From Aplysia californica (taxonomy: Eukaryota), in NCBI RefSeq assembly GCF_000002075.1, contig NW_004797506.1, positions 19,568-83,567 of the forward strand: DNA of 64,000 nucleotides. Reading direction: 5' to 3'. Positions within the stretch are counted from its first letter, which is position 1. The number at the start of each line of letters is the position of its first letter. Below the pieces are notes generated by a model. It was not told where the DNA came from and did not search any database. It saw only the letters and a program-made list of their open reading frames with translations. Positions 1 through 12,315 of the stretch are shown here, piece after piece. The translations under genes and the position numbers were made by a program.

Positions 1-361
1 TGTGTGTGTGTGTGTGTGTGCATGTGCGCACATGTGCGTATGTGTGTGTGTCTCGTAGCAGAGGGTAAATGCGCAGACAGTTGGAAGGGCTGCAGAAAGA
101 GAGAGAAAGATGACCAAGAGACAGGCAGTTAAAGAGAGAGAACATGTTTGGAAAAACAAAAGAGAATAGACAAAAATAGATATTTACAAAGATATATAGA
201 AGCGAAGAGACAGAGAGCGACACTTATTCAGAATCAGACAGACATTCAGGTGGACAAGGGTCTATAGAAAAGAATCTACACCCATTCGCAGACACACACA
301 CATGTGCACACACACACGCATACACTACAAACACACACACAGGTGTGTCCGAGCAACTGAC

Positions 362-533
362 CCGGCCAGAGATCTGCTGAGCACAGTGGAACGTGCAGTG
401 GTATAAGTTGGGATAAACTCCACGCTCCTCCCGTTATCTGTCAGCCACTTGGAGATCTCTCTCAGCTCCTCCGTCACACGTTCCGACAGCTGCTCTAAAG
501 CCAAGTCAGTGTCTGTTCCCACCGGCGGTAACT
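362..533 (-). CDS. EXOC7: EXOC7 coding exon 6
   Basis: Within ORF 325..555; TTGTCAG acceptor, GTCAGT donor; encodes [19 protein letters not shown]...[13 protein letters not shown]. Confidence 0.85.
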
Positions 534-3500
534 CTGACAAGTACAAAACATGCAATAGAATTAAGTTTAAGGTGAGTATCCACTATAACATCCACATTTC
601 GTCTACCAAGGCTTTCAAATAGAGTTATCTTACCTCCATGTATATCACTTCGTAATACTGATAAAAACAAATACTCATGTCTTATTAAAACATACTACCA
701 CTGAGAAAAAAAATGGTAACATCTTACATCTTAGGATTTCATACTCATATGACACAGATGTACACAAACAATTATGCTATTTCAAGCCATACATCCCTGT
801 GCAACACAAGTAATAACCTACAATCATCATTTACAGATCAGTAATGTTTACTAAAACACAACCTCTGACCATCATCTTTTTTTTTTGTAGTACTGGTTTT
901 ACGGCGCTCACAATTGCATAGGGTCATATGAGCGCCAGAAGATTAGAGGTGCTACAAGAAAGTAACAAACATAAAAAAGAAGGAGGGGAGATGAGGACGA
1001 CAGATGTTTGATAGGGAAAAAGAAACAAACCACACCAGAGCACCCGCCAACCACCCACTTACCATCATCTGTGTTCAACAAATCCAATATGACAATGGCT
1101 GGCACTGGTCTTCCATGACGGTTCAGCAAAGACTTGAACTCATGCTGCAGCGCTTCTTTGCCATCGTCAAAAATCCTCTCCTGCCAAAAAAAGGATAAAA
1201 TCGTCAGCGCCGATTGTCTGGAAAAAAATAGCCTGTCTCCTCCCTAAGCCACTCCCCCCATTCACCACACACCCGAAACAAGTGCCTTTGACAACAACTT
1301 CAACATCACTAGGCATATGGAAAGGTGTAACAACTTCCACAACATTTGAATCAGATTCCAGTAACAGCATATTAACGCAATAATAGTCTAAACATTTTTA
1401 GGCAGGGAAAAAGTAAGGCAGACACACAAAAATAACAGACTGACAGAAAAGAAGTAAGACATAACAGCGGTACCTTCCGACCATCTGCACAACAGAGTCT
1501 ACAATTTGTAATATTCATATGCACGCAAGAAATGGTTGGCAAATCAGATTCTTCCGACAATATTAGTAAGAGTACAGACCAGTGTGTGCGTGAGAGTGTG
1601 TGCGTGTGAGTGTGTTTGTGTGTGTGTGTGTGCATGTACGTGTGTTTGTGAGAGTAAGCTAACTTCTTATATTCCCCTGCCCAGCCATGGTTACAATGTG
1701 CTGACATTAATGCAACATTGACAATATTATCGTGAAAACAACTCACAATGTCCTTCAGTTCCTTGCTGTTAGGGCTAAAGTTGTCAAAGTACTTCTTGGC
1801 TTTCAGAACCTTCTCCAGATAAGACATATACGTCTCCAAGTCACATGCAGCTGGCCTGAAAGAGTAAGTAGCATATTCAGTCATCAGTTACATGCACAGC
1901 AGAAATGTAGCAAGACTAAAACTAAAAGTGAAAGTGACAAATTTAAACATAAGTCAAACCTGCCACAAGGGTCCATTACAGAAATCACCAGTTCCCCTCC
2001 CCTCTTAACAATACCAAAACACACAGAACCCCACCCTTCTGCCCCATACCCTTAACATACATACACACAAAGATTGCCCCCCCCCCCTACCCTTCCCCAG
2101 CTTACCCTTCCTTCACTGTTGCCTCTACATCCTTTGCTGTGTGGTAATAGCTGAGCACATTGTCCAGGGTCTGCATTGTCTTCTCAATGTCTGGACACTT
2201 CATAAGGGACCTTTAACTTTTTTTAAAAAGAGGTATATGTGTCACGACGGGGTGGAATCAGGCGCTCGTCAATTTTGTTACTTATGGGGTTATTGGTATC
2301 ATCTTAAAGCCTGTTCATTGGTCTTCCTTTTGGTGAAAAAAAATATCCATCTATGTTGAATAGAAGTCAAAATATTTGCGATTGAAGGGGGTCAGGGTCG
2401 CCTGGTTTCAGGATAAAATTAATGAGAAAATGGCCACCAAAGTTTGGTAACTTCCATAGTTTGAGAGTCTTTGGAAACAGAAAATTTACATTTTTCATGC
2501 ATTTAGTCAATGCTTTTCGGGAAAATCCACATAAAAATGTGTTGCTTTAAATGGACATAAAAAGAAAATTAGAAAAAAATTGCCCATCAGCCCAAAAAAT
2601 GCTGATTTCTTCTATTTCATTATTTTGATGAGCGCCTGATTTCACCATGATGCCTCACATATGTGGATGATGCCATATGAAGAGGTTTTGCAGAGATTTA
2701 TGCCTCACTGGACATGCTTATTTANNNNNNNNNNNNNNNNNNNNNNNNNNNNNNNNNNNNNNNNNNNNNNNNNNNNNNNNNNNNNNNNNNNNNNNNNNNN
2801 NNNNNNNNNNNNNNNNNNNNNNNNNNNNNNNNNNNNNNNNNNNNNNNNNNNNNNNNNNNNNNNNNNNNNNNNNNNNNNNNNNNNNNNNNNNNNNNNNNNN
2901 NNNNNNNNNNNNNNNNNNNNNNNNNNNNNNNNNNNNNNNNNNNNNNNNNNNNNNNNNNNNNNNNNNNNNNNNNNNNNNNNNNNNNNNNNNNNNNNNNNNN
3001 NNNNNNNNNNNNNNNNNNNNNNNNNNNNNNNNNNNNNNNNNNNNNNNNNNNNNNNAAACATAAAAAATCTTGAATCAATCCTCAACTTTGTCATACCTTA
3101 GAGTTTTGCAGCAAAACCTCTACCTTTGGCTGAAAGAACAACTGTTTATGAGCCAGGAATCAAATATAAATTTCATCCTGTAGAAAAGCCAGACTGTCTT
3201 ACAGAGCACTTAACAACAAGGATACTTTCTTGACGGCGACGTAAGTTTTCTGTTTCATTGTAGACAGGAACGATTGTTTTCTCCAAGTTCTCCAGTCGCT
3301 CTTCAAAGCTATTGAGGATGTTGACCATTCCTGTCGTGTTGGAGTCATAACGCGTCAAGCATTGTCGGAGCAGGCCCAGGTTCGTTTCCTCCTTAGAATG
3401 CGAATTGTTGAAACAGAAAAAAATAGTTTCGACATTAGAATTTAAAATAATAAAACAAGACAAGGACCAAAAATGCAGAAGGACAAAGATGGCCACGGGA

Positions 3501-3895
3501 TTATGAGACAGAGATTCAGGGCATCAAAGGAAGAATATCTTGCATGTACATACAGGAGACATGTTTCTTGTTACTCCCACCTTCTGATCTACAATGAAAG
3601 AAATTTTTACGCAAACATTCCCTTCACTAATCACTCAGACAAGAAGGCCAGTAGAGGCCCCATTAACCACACTGCTTTTAACCATAGTATTCACTCCCAC
3701 AGACCTGCCACTCTATGAAACCTCAAAATCAGGATCTCAGGGAGAAAAAATCGGGATTTGGTGAAAAAAATCGGGATCATCGGGATCAACAGCAAATCAC
3801 CAAGGTGACTGCCAAAGCTAACGTAAAATTTTTCCAGGGATGTCCATAAATTACTTGGCCTATATGCCCTCTGTGTGTCTTTGTTTGTTTGTGCG

Positions 3896-3937
<42 letters not shown>

Positions 3938-6900
3938 GGTATGCGTGCGTGCGTGCGCGTGAGTTATCATTATTTTTTGTAAATCCTGAAGCATCACGTC
4001 AAGCACTCCTAGTCCAAGTGTCTATACCCACTCCCACCAATAAGTCCCAAAATACATGAACTTACGTTGACCCCGTCAACGGACGGTCCCCGACACGCAG
4101 AACTCACATGGCGATGTCATGTCACGTGACGCGAATGCGCGATTGAAACAATTTTTTACTAACGGGTCCGACTAACTGCGCGTTCACACAAAACACTCGG
4201 ATGAGCGACAGTCGTTCTACTTCTTAGATAACGACGTTTTTTGGGGGCGAGTCAACTACTAAATGCGGCATCGATATTTCGGGAAATAGTGCTCCGAGTT
4301 CCTACTGAAAAAAAGGTTCAACGGGTGCTTCTCGCGATAAAAAAAAAGAGAAGGCAGAGTATGTTTTTAGAAAAATCCAGCACAACAGCAGACTGAGACA
4401 AAAAATCGGGATACACGCAATTGAAATCGGAAAAATCGGGATGCTTCAGATTTGGGCGAAAAAATCGGGATATCCCGACTAAATCAGGATGAGTGGCATG
4501 TCTGCTCCCAGCAAAATGGCCTAACTGGAATTATTGTCAAAATCTAGACCATCTTCCAAAGATATCACTGAAGATGGAAAAAAAACACACTGATCACAAG
4601 TCTGTTCATCCAATACATTCAGAGAGTACAAAATTGAATAGATTTAAGAGTCCTTCAATTTGAGCCTGCCAACAAATAACTAAAAAGACTATGAAGGCAC
4701 CCAATTAGAGAAAAACATTACAAACCTGGAATGGGCTAGCAGGAAATACCGTAAAAGAAATTATTTTGTTGCAAGGTTCTTTTCACGGTAAAACAATTTT
4801 TGAATTTTGCAGGAGGATATTTTCATGGACCAAACATAAATTTTGCAGTCTGAACATATGTATGCCAAAAAAAGTGATTTGTCAGAAAAATACTCTTTTA
4901 CGGCAATGTTTTATGAACTCATAGTCACTACAACTTGTGGCATTTGAGTTGAAAGATTGTTTTTTTTTGTACAGCACTGGTACTCACCTAGAACAATATA
5001 ATATATTGTGCAGGATATGTTGCTTCCCATTGTATTTATTACTACTAGACCACCTCACTTAACTCATCAAGGTCTCTTGTGGCCTAGAGGTAAAGGTGTT
5101 GGCCTCTCATTCAAAGATCCCCGGTTCAAATCCGGGTAGCGACCGAAAAATTTTCTTCTCTTAAATTGTCACCTTTCACTTCCTTTCCTGTTCTCTAGCA
5201 ATTAATGTTCTGTCACCTGCTTTCGTCTCCCCTTTCTGCCCCCACCCCCTCATCTCCTTTGCCCTCTCCTCTGGGCCCCTGACTCTTTCTGCAGCCTTTC
5301 TACTGGTACTCCATGGCTCCTTCTTACTGCTGTCTTTCAGCCACACCCCTGATCTTCTGGTGGGAAAGATCTACGAGGGTGAAAAATCTCAGACGGCCCA
5401 TGTGCAAGTTGCGCACGTTAAAGATTCCTTGGCGGTCTAAAATCGATAAGAATAGGCATCGGCCGCCACCCGGGCAAAATTCAAAATTTCCTACCGACTG
5501 AAAAAGTTTAATGTGTCCCGCAAGCTCATATGACCTTATTCAGTTCATAAAACACTTACCAAAAAAACAAACTGTAACTGCCCCACTGGCTAGTTCTATA
5601 TCTCAAGCCTCAATCTCTTTAGCATGATGATGTATCTTTTCTCCAAATTTTCATTCAGTAACATTGTCTTTCTTCCGGTTCTCCGTTGCAACGATACAAT
5701 GATTGAGATTCCTTTATTATCTATATCTAGCTCAAAATATATCACTGGAAGTCTACAGAATACACTAATCAGTACATGCCGATTGTCTTTCAATTAAATA
5801 ATATTAACTCTTTCCGGAAAGAGCTGTTTTAGGTTTAGACGTAATTAACTTGTGACTCAATTCGGCTACATAAGTGATGCACAAAATAACTTCATATAAG
5901 CATAACTATCACTCAAAATATATGATAAATATTTTTATCAAATTGAAAAAAATTGAATAAGGAATACATTCCAACATGAAACAAGGGTTGATTTTAAATA
6001 TAAGTATGCATTACAAGGGTTAGAAATGGCGATGATGGTGAGAAAAATACATTTTAATGGAAAAAATTACACACACTAAACATGTGAACAAACAAATCAG
6101 CATAGCTATCTTATCATATACAGGTCAAGAGCAGATTCCATAAATTTCTGAACGTGCAGCTTTTTATTTGAATGCAATATTCCAATTTTTGTTTGAGCTA
6201 TAATATTTATACTGATTCCGGTTACAACGTTTTGTTGATGCAAGACTGCAAGAATTAATTCACTTGTTTTTCGCCAGACCAACACTTTGACAAAGTGAAA
6301 CTAGATGTTTTCGTTTCCTAAATCCTTTTCAAGTTTTCAATTTAAAAAAACAATACAAAGTACTTATAAATAAAGGATCATGTTAACTGATTCCATCCAT
6401 GATTTTTTTCCGTCTCTGGACAGAATTATTTTTCCCTGCGGTGCATATCTATTTAATGCATTACTGTGAAACCATAAGTTACTCTAATATGTAGGCCTAT
6501 TATACCAAACTGATGGGAATCAACAGAGGAATCAGTCAATATCAATGACAATGACCTATAATCTGTTTGTATTGTATTTTCCTTCAGACAAAAACGAATG
6601 AGGAAAAAAATTGCGCAACACTTCTTCGAAAATTTCGACTTACCGCATTTTCTCAGCTCTACAAGTCCATATAATCCATAGGAATAAACACGAAATTGTA
6701 GCGATATCACCCTAGCACACATTTATGCAAGAATTTCACAAATTTAGTTGAATATCTTTCTGAACGGCTTTTATACCAGGCTTGTGTTATTTACCCTTAG
6801 ACAGGGGCGCGGCGCCACTTCCAATTGTAATGCCTCTTATTACAGGCCTATAACCTGTAGACCTACTATATACGCCTCTTCGTTTAATTTTAATACTGAT

Positions 6901-9900
6901 ACAGGGACACCTACTTCCATGCAAGAAGAATAGATAAGTGCTGGTACTCTCAGAGAGAGATCTGATAATAAAGAACCAAGTTCTGCGCTAAAGATGCGCA
7001 CAATCACATCACATCATAACCACACACAAAACAATAACTTCCCACAGATCAACAGAAAAGCACACATTCACAGTCAAGAACACGCATGCACTATTGCCCT
7101 CGGGGCATCTTGACATAATGACCACATTCTCTGATTCACCTGCAGTTCTGGTTTCTAGAAAGCAGACAGTCAAACCTATTTTTAGACAGTTCGCAACCAT
7201 GCCATTGACCATGCCTTGTCCAGGCTAACTACCACTCCATCCCCTCCCTACCATACAGGCGCCAAATCCATCTTGGCCCTTTGGCCCAACAGTACAATCT
7301 CATAGTGTGGTGTTCTTGGTGATATCTCTTGTGTCTTCCGTCAAACGTCTGGATGGGGTTTGAAAGAAAAATTTTCTCTATTCTTAGAAAGAAAACACTG
7401 TTTTCAACTGATCGAATCAAATAGTTTATAGATCATTTTGAATTATTTTGACCAGACTTCACAACTAAACAATTCCCAGATCGGTTCAGGCAGAGACACT
7501 GGTTCAGGTAGCGCCGATCTGGGCTCGGCGCCCTCCGTGACGTCAGACGTAGGAAATGAAAGACGCGGGGAGATCCTTGCGACCGGCAACGGCAGGCTTA
7601 CCCGCCCTCCTCCCACTGGCCTAATTATAGACACCTTAACTAAAGGCTGGCGTACTTAGGGACGAACAATGAATAAGAGATTTGTTTGAAGAAAATATTG
7701 TGATATTTAGTTAAGTTTTGGAAAATCCTTTTCAATTTTAAGAAAATCCCTTCTGCATTTCAAAGGGTGGTGCCATGGCGCCATTTGCGCTTGGAGAGCC
7801 ACGCCACTGCACTTAGATGTAGCCTACATAGCGACAACAAAACAACGATTTTTGCAAGAATTTCGCGACGTTTCAATCGATATTGGCGCTCAGACATTGA
7901 GGTCAGGCTTGTTTACAAGTTCTACTTCCTTTCGACAACTTAAAAAGTAGGAACTATGTTAAAACACTCGCTAATTTAGTGCCCCCAACCTACATCGTTA
8001 AATCTTTTCCACACCAAGGTCGAAGAGGGGGAGGCATTGCTGCCATATACAGAAGTTCTTCAAGCCTTAAAATAACAACTAGTGCACTTAAGTGTGACCA
8101 CCCAACGTTTGAAGCTATGAATTTATCTATGGATCTTGGTTCCAAATTTTATAACGTCGTTTATATTTACCACCCACCATACAGCAAAATTAACAAGTCA
8201 ACAGAGTCTGCTTTCTTTTTAAAATTTTCAAAGTTTTTAGCGTCATTTTCGGTCAAGAAAGGTTATCTTGTTGTGCTTGGTGATTTTAATTTCCACTCTG
8301 ATTCTCCATCGTCACCTGGAGTCAAACATTTGACAGAATCAACTTGGTTCAGGTCATCACTGAACCCACCCATCGTTCTGGCCACGCACTTGACGGAGTC
8401 GTCATCAAGAAAGACTCAGAAGCTTTAAGAAAAATTTATGTTGTTACTTAGTTGTAGACCAACTATTTTCTGACCATTACTTAATCTTACTTGCGTTGGA
8501 AGTGACTAAGACCAAGCCTGAAAAACATTCTGTGTCTACAAGGAACATCAAAGGAATTGACATTAATAAGTTTAAAATGGATTTGTTGTCTCTTTATGTA
8601 ACTTTAAAACAGTTTGTGTTGATTTGTATAATTCCACTGTTAGGGCAGTTCTTGACAAGCACGCACCACTTGTAACTCGTCGTCTGTAGACTAGACCGTA
8701 TGCACCATGGTTCGGAGTTGAGGGGAAATTGGCCAAAATCAAATGCAGGAAGGCATAGAGACAATGGCTTAAAACAGGGCTCACCATCCGCAAGCATATT
8801 TTTAGATTAAAGAAGCAAGAGCTGAAATTTGTAACTAAATGTGCTCAAAAGAAATACTATGTCTTTAAATTGGAAAATTCAAAATCATGTCAACAATTAT
8901 TCAGCATCTGTGATGAACTATTAGGAAGGGTGAAAGAGACACGTCTCGCGAATTCTTTTAGCGATCAAGAACTACCCGAAAAGTTTGCTGATTATTTTAC
9001 AGATAAAGTCCAGAAACTAAGAAACGACCTTGATGACCATGAAACATGTTGAGATTTTGATGTATATGATGGGGTGATTCTTGATAAGTTTAAACCTGTT
9101 TCTGAAGAATACATTAAATCTGTAATTCTAAAATTCCCTAGCAAACATTGTGATCTCGACTCTGTCCCTAGTTCTCTGTTGTCTTCCTGCATTGACGAAC
9201 TGATCCCATTTAATACTAAAATCATAAATAATTCTCTAGTGTATGGATCAGTACCAGATTCGTGAGATTTTCCCCATTTTTACATAGTTTGACCATACAG
9301 TTTTCCCCCTCCATGTTTGAAACCTACATCCATTTCCATCAAAGTTTTGAGCGTCCGCTTCAATCAATTATGTTTCAAAGTCATCTAAAAATGGGTTTTA
9401 AAAAATATTTTGCAATTTTGGGTCATGTTTTTAATATTTTCTTCATTTTTTTCGAATATTTATATTTCCGACTTTAAATTACATCTTCTCTTTAATTTTT
9501 CATCTGAATAGCTTCATTATTTTACACAATGTACATCTATAGGAGACCTGTACTGAAATAGAGCCCTTTTTGAAGATAATCTAAGATTAAAATTACAATC
9601 GGTGCTTTTGTTGGGAATTTTGAGATTTTTTTGCTATTCATCTATGTACACATTTCCAGAGTCCATAATTATTTTCCTAATCATAATATTACAAATCTGG
9701 CGCTATTTGTCCATTACATAGGTGTTGTAGTTTGTACTTGCCAAAAATGAAAGCCGGACAAAAACTAAGAGAGAAGATAGCTTTTGAAATTTGATGAAAT
9801 TATCCAATATGGTGGATGTCTGCTTGGTTACCATGGTAACCATGTGCTTATAATAATAAATAATTACTTTAATTAATTTTTTGATGTCTGACTAATATGA

Positions 9901-12253
9901 ATATATCATCTTTGCTACATATAGTCAAGGGATATGGATTTTAGAAATTTCACCAGCAGATGGCCTTAAAATCGCTCTTGTAAAACCTTTGCTAAAGAAA
10001 CAAAACTTAGATCAGAATGTCTTGAAGAACCATAGACCTGTTTCAAATCTACCTTTTTTGTCTAAAATCCTTGAAAAGGTTGTCCTCGAGCAGCTTCGTC
10101 ATCACTTACAAGAGAACAATCTGTTAGAGCCATTCCAGTCTGCCTGTCGAGCTAACCACATCACAGAAACAGCACTTCTTAAAGTAATTAATGACATGCT
10201 TACTGATTGTGATTCAGGAAAAGTTGTTTTGCTGAGCCTTTTAGATCTATCAGCAGCTTTTGATACAATTAACCATTATATTTTATTGAAACGATTGGAA
10301 GTGTCTTTTGAATTATCCGGGACTGCCCTTAACTGGTTTTCTTCTTACCTGTCAGATCGTTACCAATCTGTTTTTATTAAAGGGCTTAAGTCATCAGATC
10401 ATGCTCTTACGTATAGGGTCCTCCAGGGATCAGTCCTTGGTCCAGTTTTGTTCACCATTTATACTCAACCACTTGTCAAGGAAATAGTTAAGTAAGTATG
10501 ACTTAAAATACCATTTCTATGCTGATCATACCCAAATTTATGGTTCAACATTGTTTACCAACTTAGATGAACTTGTCCATCGTGCTGAAAATTGTATTGC
10601 CGTAGTGAAAAACTGGATGAACAAAAATAAATTGATGTTGAAAGATTTATAAAACAGAAGTCATTCTGGCAGGCAATGCAAAGTCTGTTAAAAAGGTTGA
10701 CCACGATCACATTACAATAGGTGATGCAAAAATTGTATTTTCAAGAAAAGTTAAGAATCTTGGCATCTATTTTGATTCCAGTTTGTCAATGTCGGCTGAG
10801 GTAAATTATCTGATCAGCTGCATGTATTTAGAAATAAGAAAAATTAGCAAAATACGTCATCTGATCAATATTAAGTATACTGCTTTACTAGTAACTGGCT
10901 TAATTTTATCAAAACTCGATTATTGTAACTCCTTGTGTTATCAGGAATATCACTGGAGAAAGTTAAAAGACTTCAAACTGTCCAAAACAATGCTGCACTT
11001 TTACTTTTACGGAAAAGAAAGCGAGATTCTGCTAAACCTCTTTTACGAACTTTGCATTGGCTTCCTGTTGAGAAAAGGATTGTGTACAAGTTGGCCACCC
11101 TTTGTCACAAATGTTTGAATGATAATAATCATATTTATCAAATCTGTAAGACTGTACAACATTCCAACTCGCAGTTTAAGGTCATCAGCTGACAAAAAGA
11201 AATTTATTTTACCATCTATGAAACTTAAAACAATGGGTGAAAGGGCATATTTGAATACCAAGGCCCCAAGATCTGGAATGCTTTACCAAGTACTTTGAGA
11301 GAGATCAAATCTTTTGATTCATTCAAATGTCAGCTGAAGTCGTTTCTGTTTTTAAATTTAAAATTAATAAGATGAATATTTGGAATAATTTTCTTTAGTC
11401 AGAACACAACATTTTATGTTACTGTTGTATGTTGTACTGTATTGTAAAGCGCTCAGAGCCTGTGTACTTTATTCAGGGTTGAGCGCTATATAAATGTCAT
11501 TTATTATTATTTATTAAAAAGAACACATTGAATTAGTTTCAGATTTCGCTCAGATTTTGTTGAGCCGCTCACAGCGGTCGAATGGAGGCAGCGGAAAGGA
11601 CAGATAGAATCAGTTAAAGCGAAACAAAACTGAGGCATCCATCATAGCCAATATATCGGCTATGCGTCCGCAAGGGGTGTGGACTCGCGCCGATATCGGC
11701 AATACGCCCGGTAAGAGTTTTAATAGAGTCCTGTTTTGAGTTTGCGCCTCAAGCTTATGATATGGCATGTGACCAAGCAACAGTGTTATGCACTTAGGCC
11801 ACCTCTATTCTCACCCCGGGTGAGAATAGTGCAGGCGAGTCTTTTGGCTATTCTCACCCGGTGCGCGTTCACCGTTATAGCCTAGATCTAGGTCAACCAA
11901 TTTTGCGTTCTCCCTAAACCACAGAATTCTACACTGTGATAACAGAAAAATTGTAGAATTCTGTGCCGTGAATAAACGTTCCATTACTACTGTTAGCCTA
12001 CTAAAAGCGTACAATTTTGTCTGTGGGCAGTGGAGAGAGAGAAAGAGAGAGAGAGAAAGAGAGAGAGAGAGGAGTAGCGCGAAAACTTCCGGGCAAAACA
12101 AAATGGCGACCCGCGTAGTTCGGCTCCATTTGAAAAGTTAAATAGCCGTCCGTAGCATCTTTGTAGATGACCAAATTAATTTACTTTTTTGTGTTTTAAC
12201 ATCATTTTTTAACTTTGTTTTGGTCAATTTGGTGTGTGTGTGTGTGTGTGTGT

Positions 12254-12315
<62 letters not shown>

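Larger units (their letters stand above)
6387..11613. mobile_element. TTAA-flanked (piggyBac-like) MITE, copy A, interrupted by a hAT element and an L2 LINE
   Basis: TTAA|CTGATTC ... GAATCAG|TTAA. Segments 6387-6801, 7810-7964 and 11515-11613 are the reverse complement of 12830-14179. Confidence 0.75.

Noticed and set aside
2661-3101. ORFs spanning N runs (also 45661-45967, 47219-47635, 51290-51651, 56529-57353)
   Set aside because: They are open only because of assembly gaps. Only the RNase H part at 57179-57353 is meaningful.
5071-5145. tRNA gene
   Set aside because: A and B boxes are present, but the cloverleaf stems pair poorly and the sequence continues into a body and tail repeated elsewhere. 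It is a SINE head.
7979-11192. Intact or domesticated reverse transcriptase gene
   Set aside because: Many stops and frameshifts, YADD changed to YADH, and an internal insertion. It is a dead LINE.
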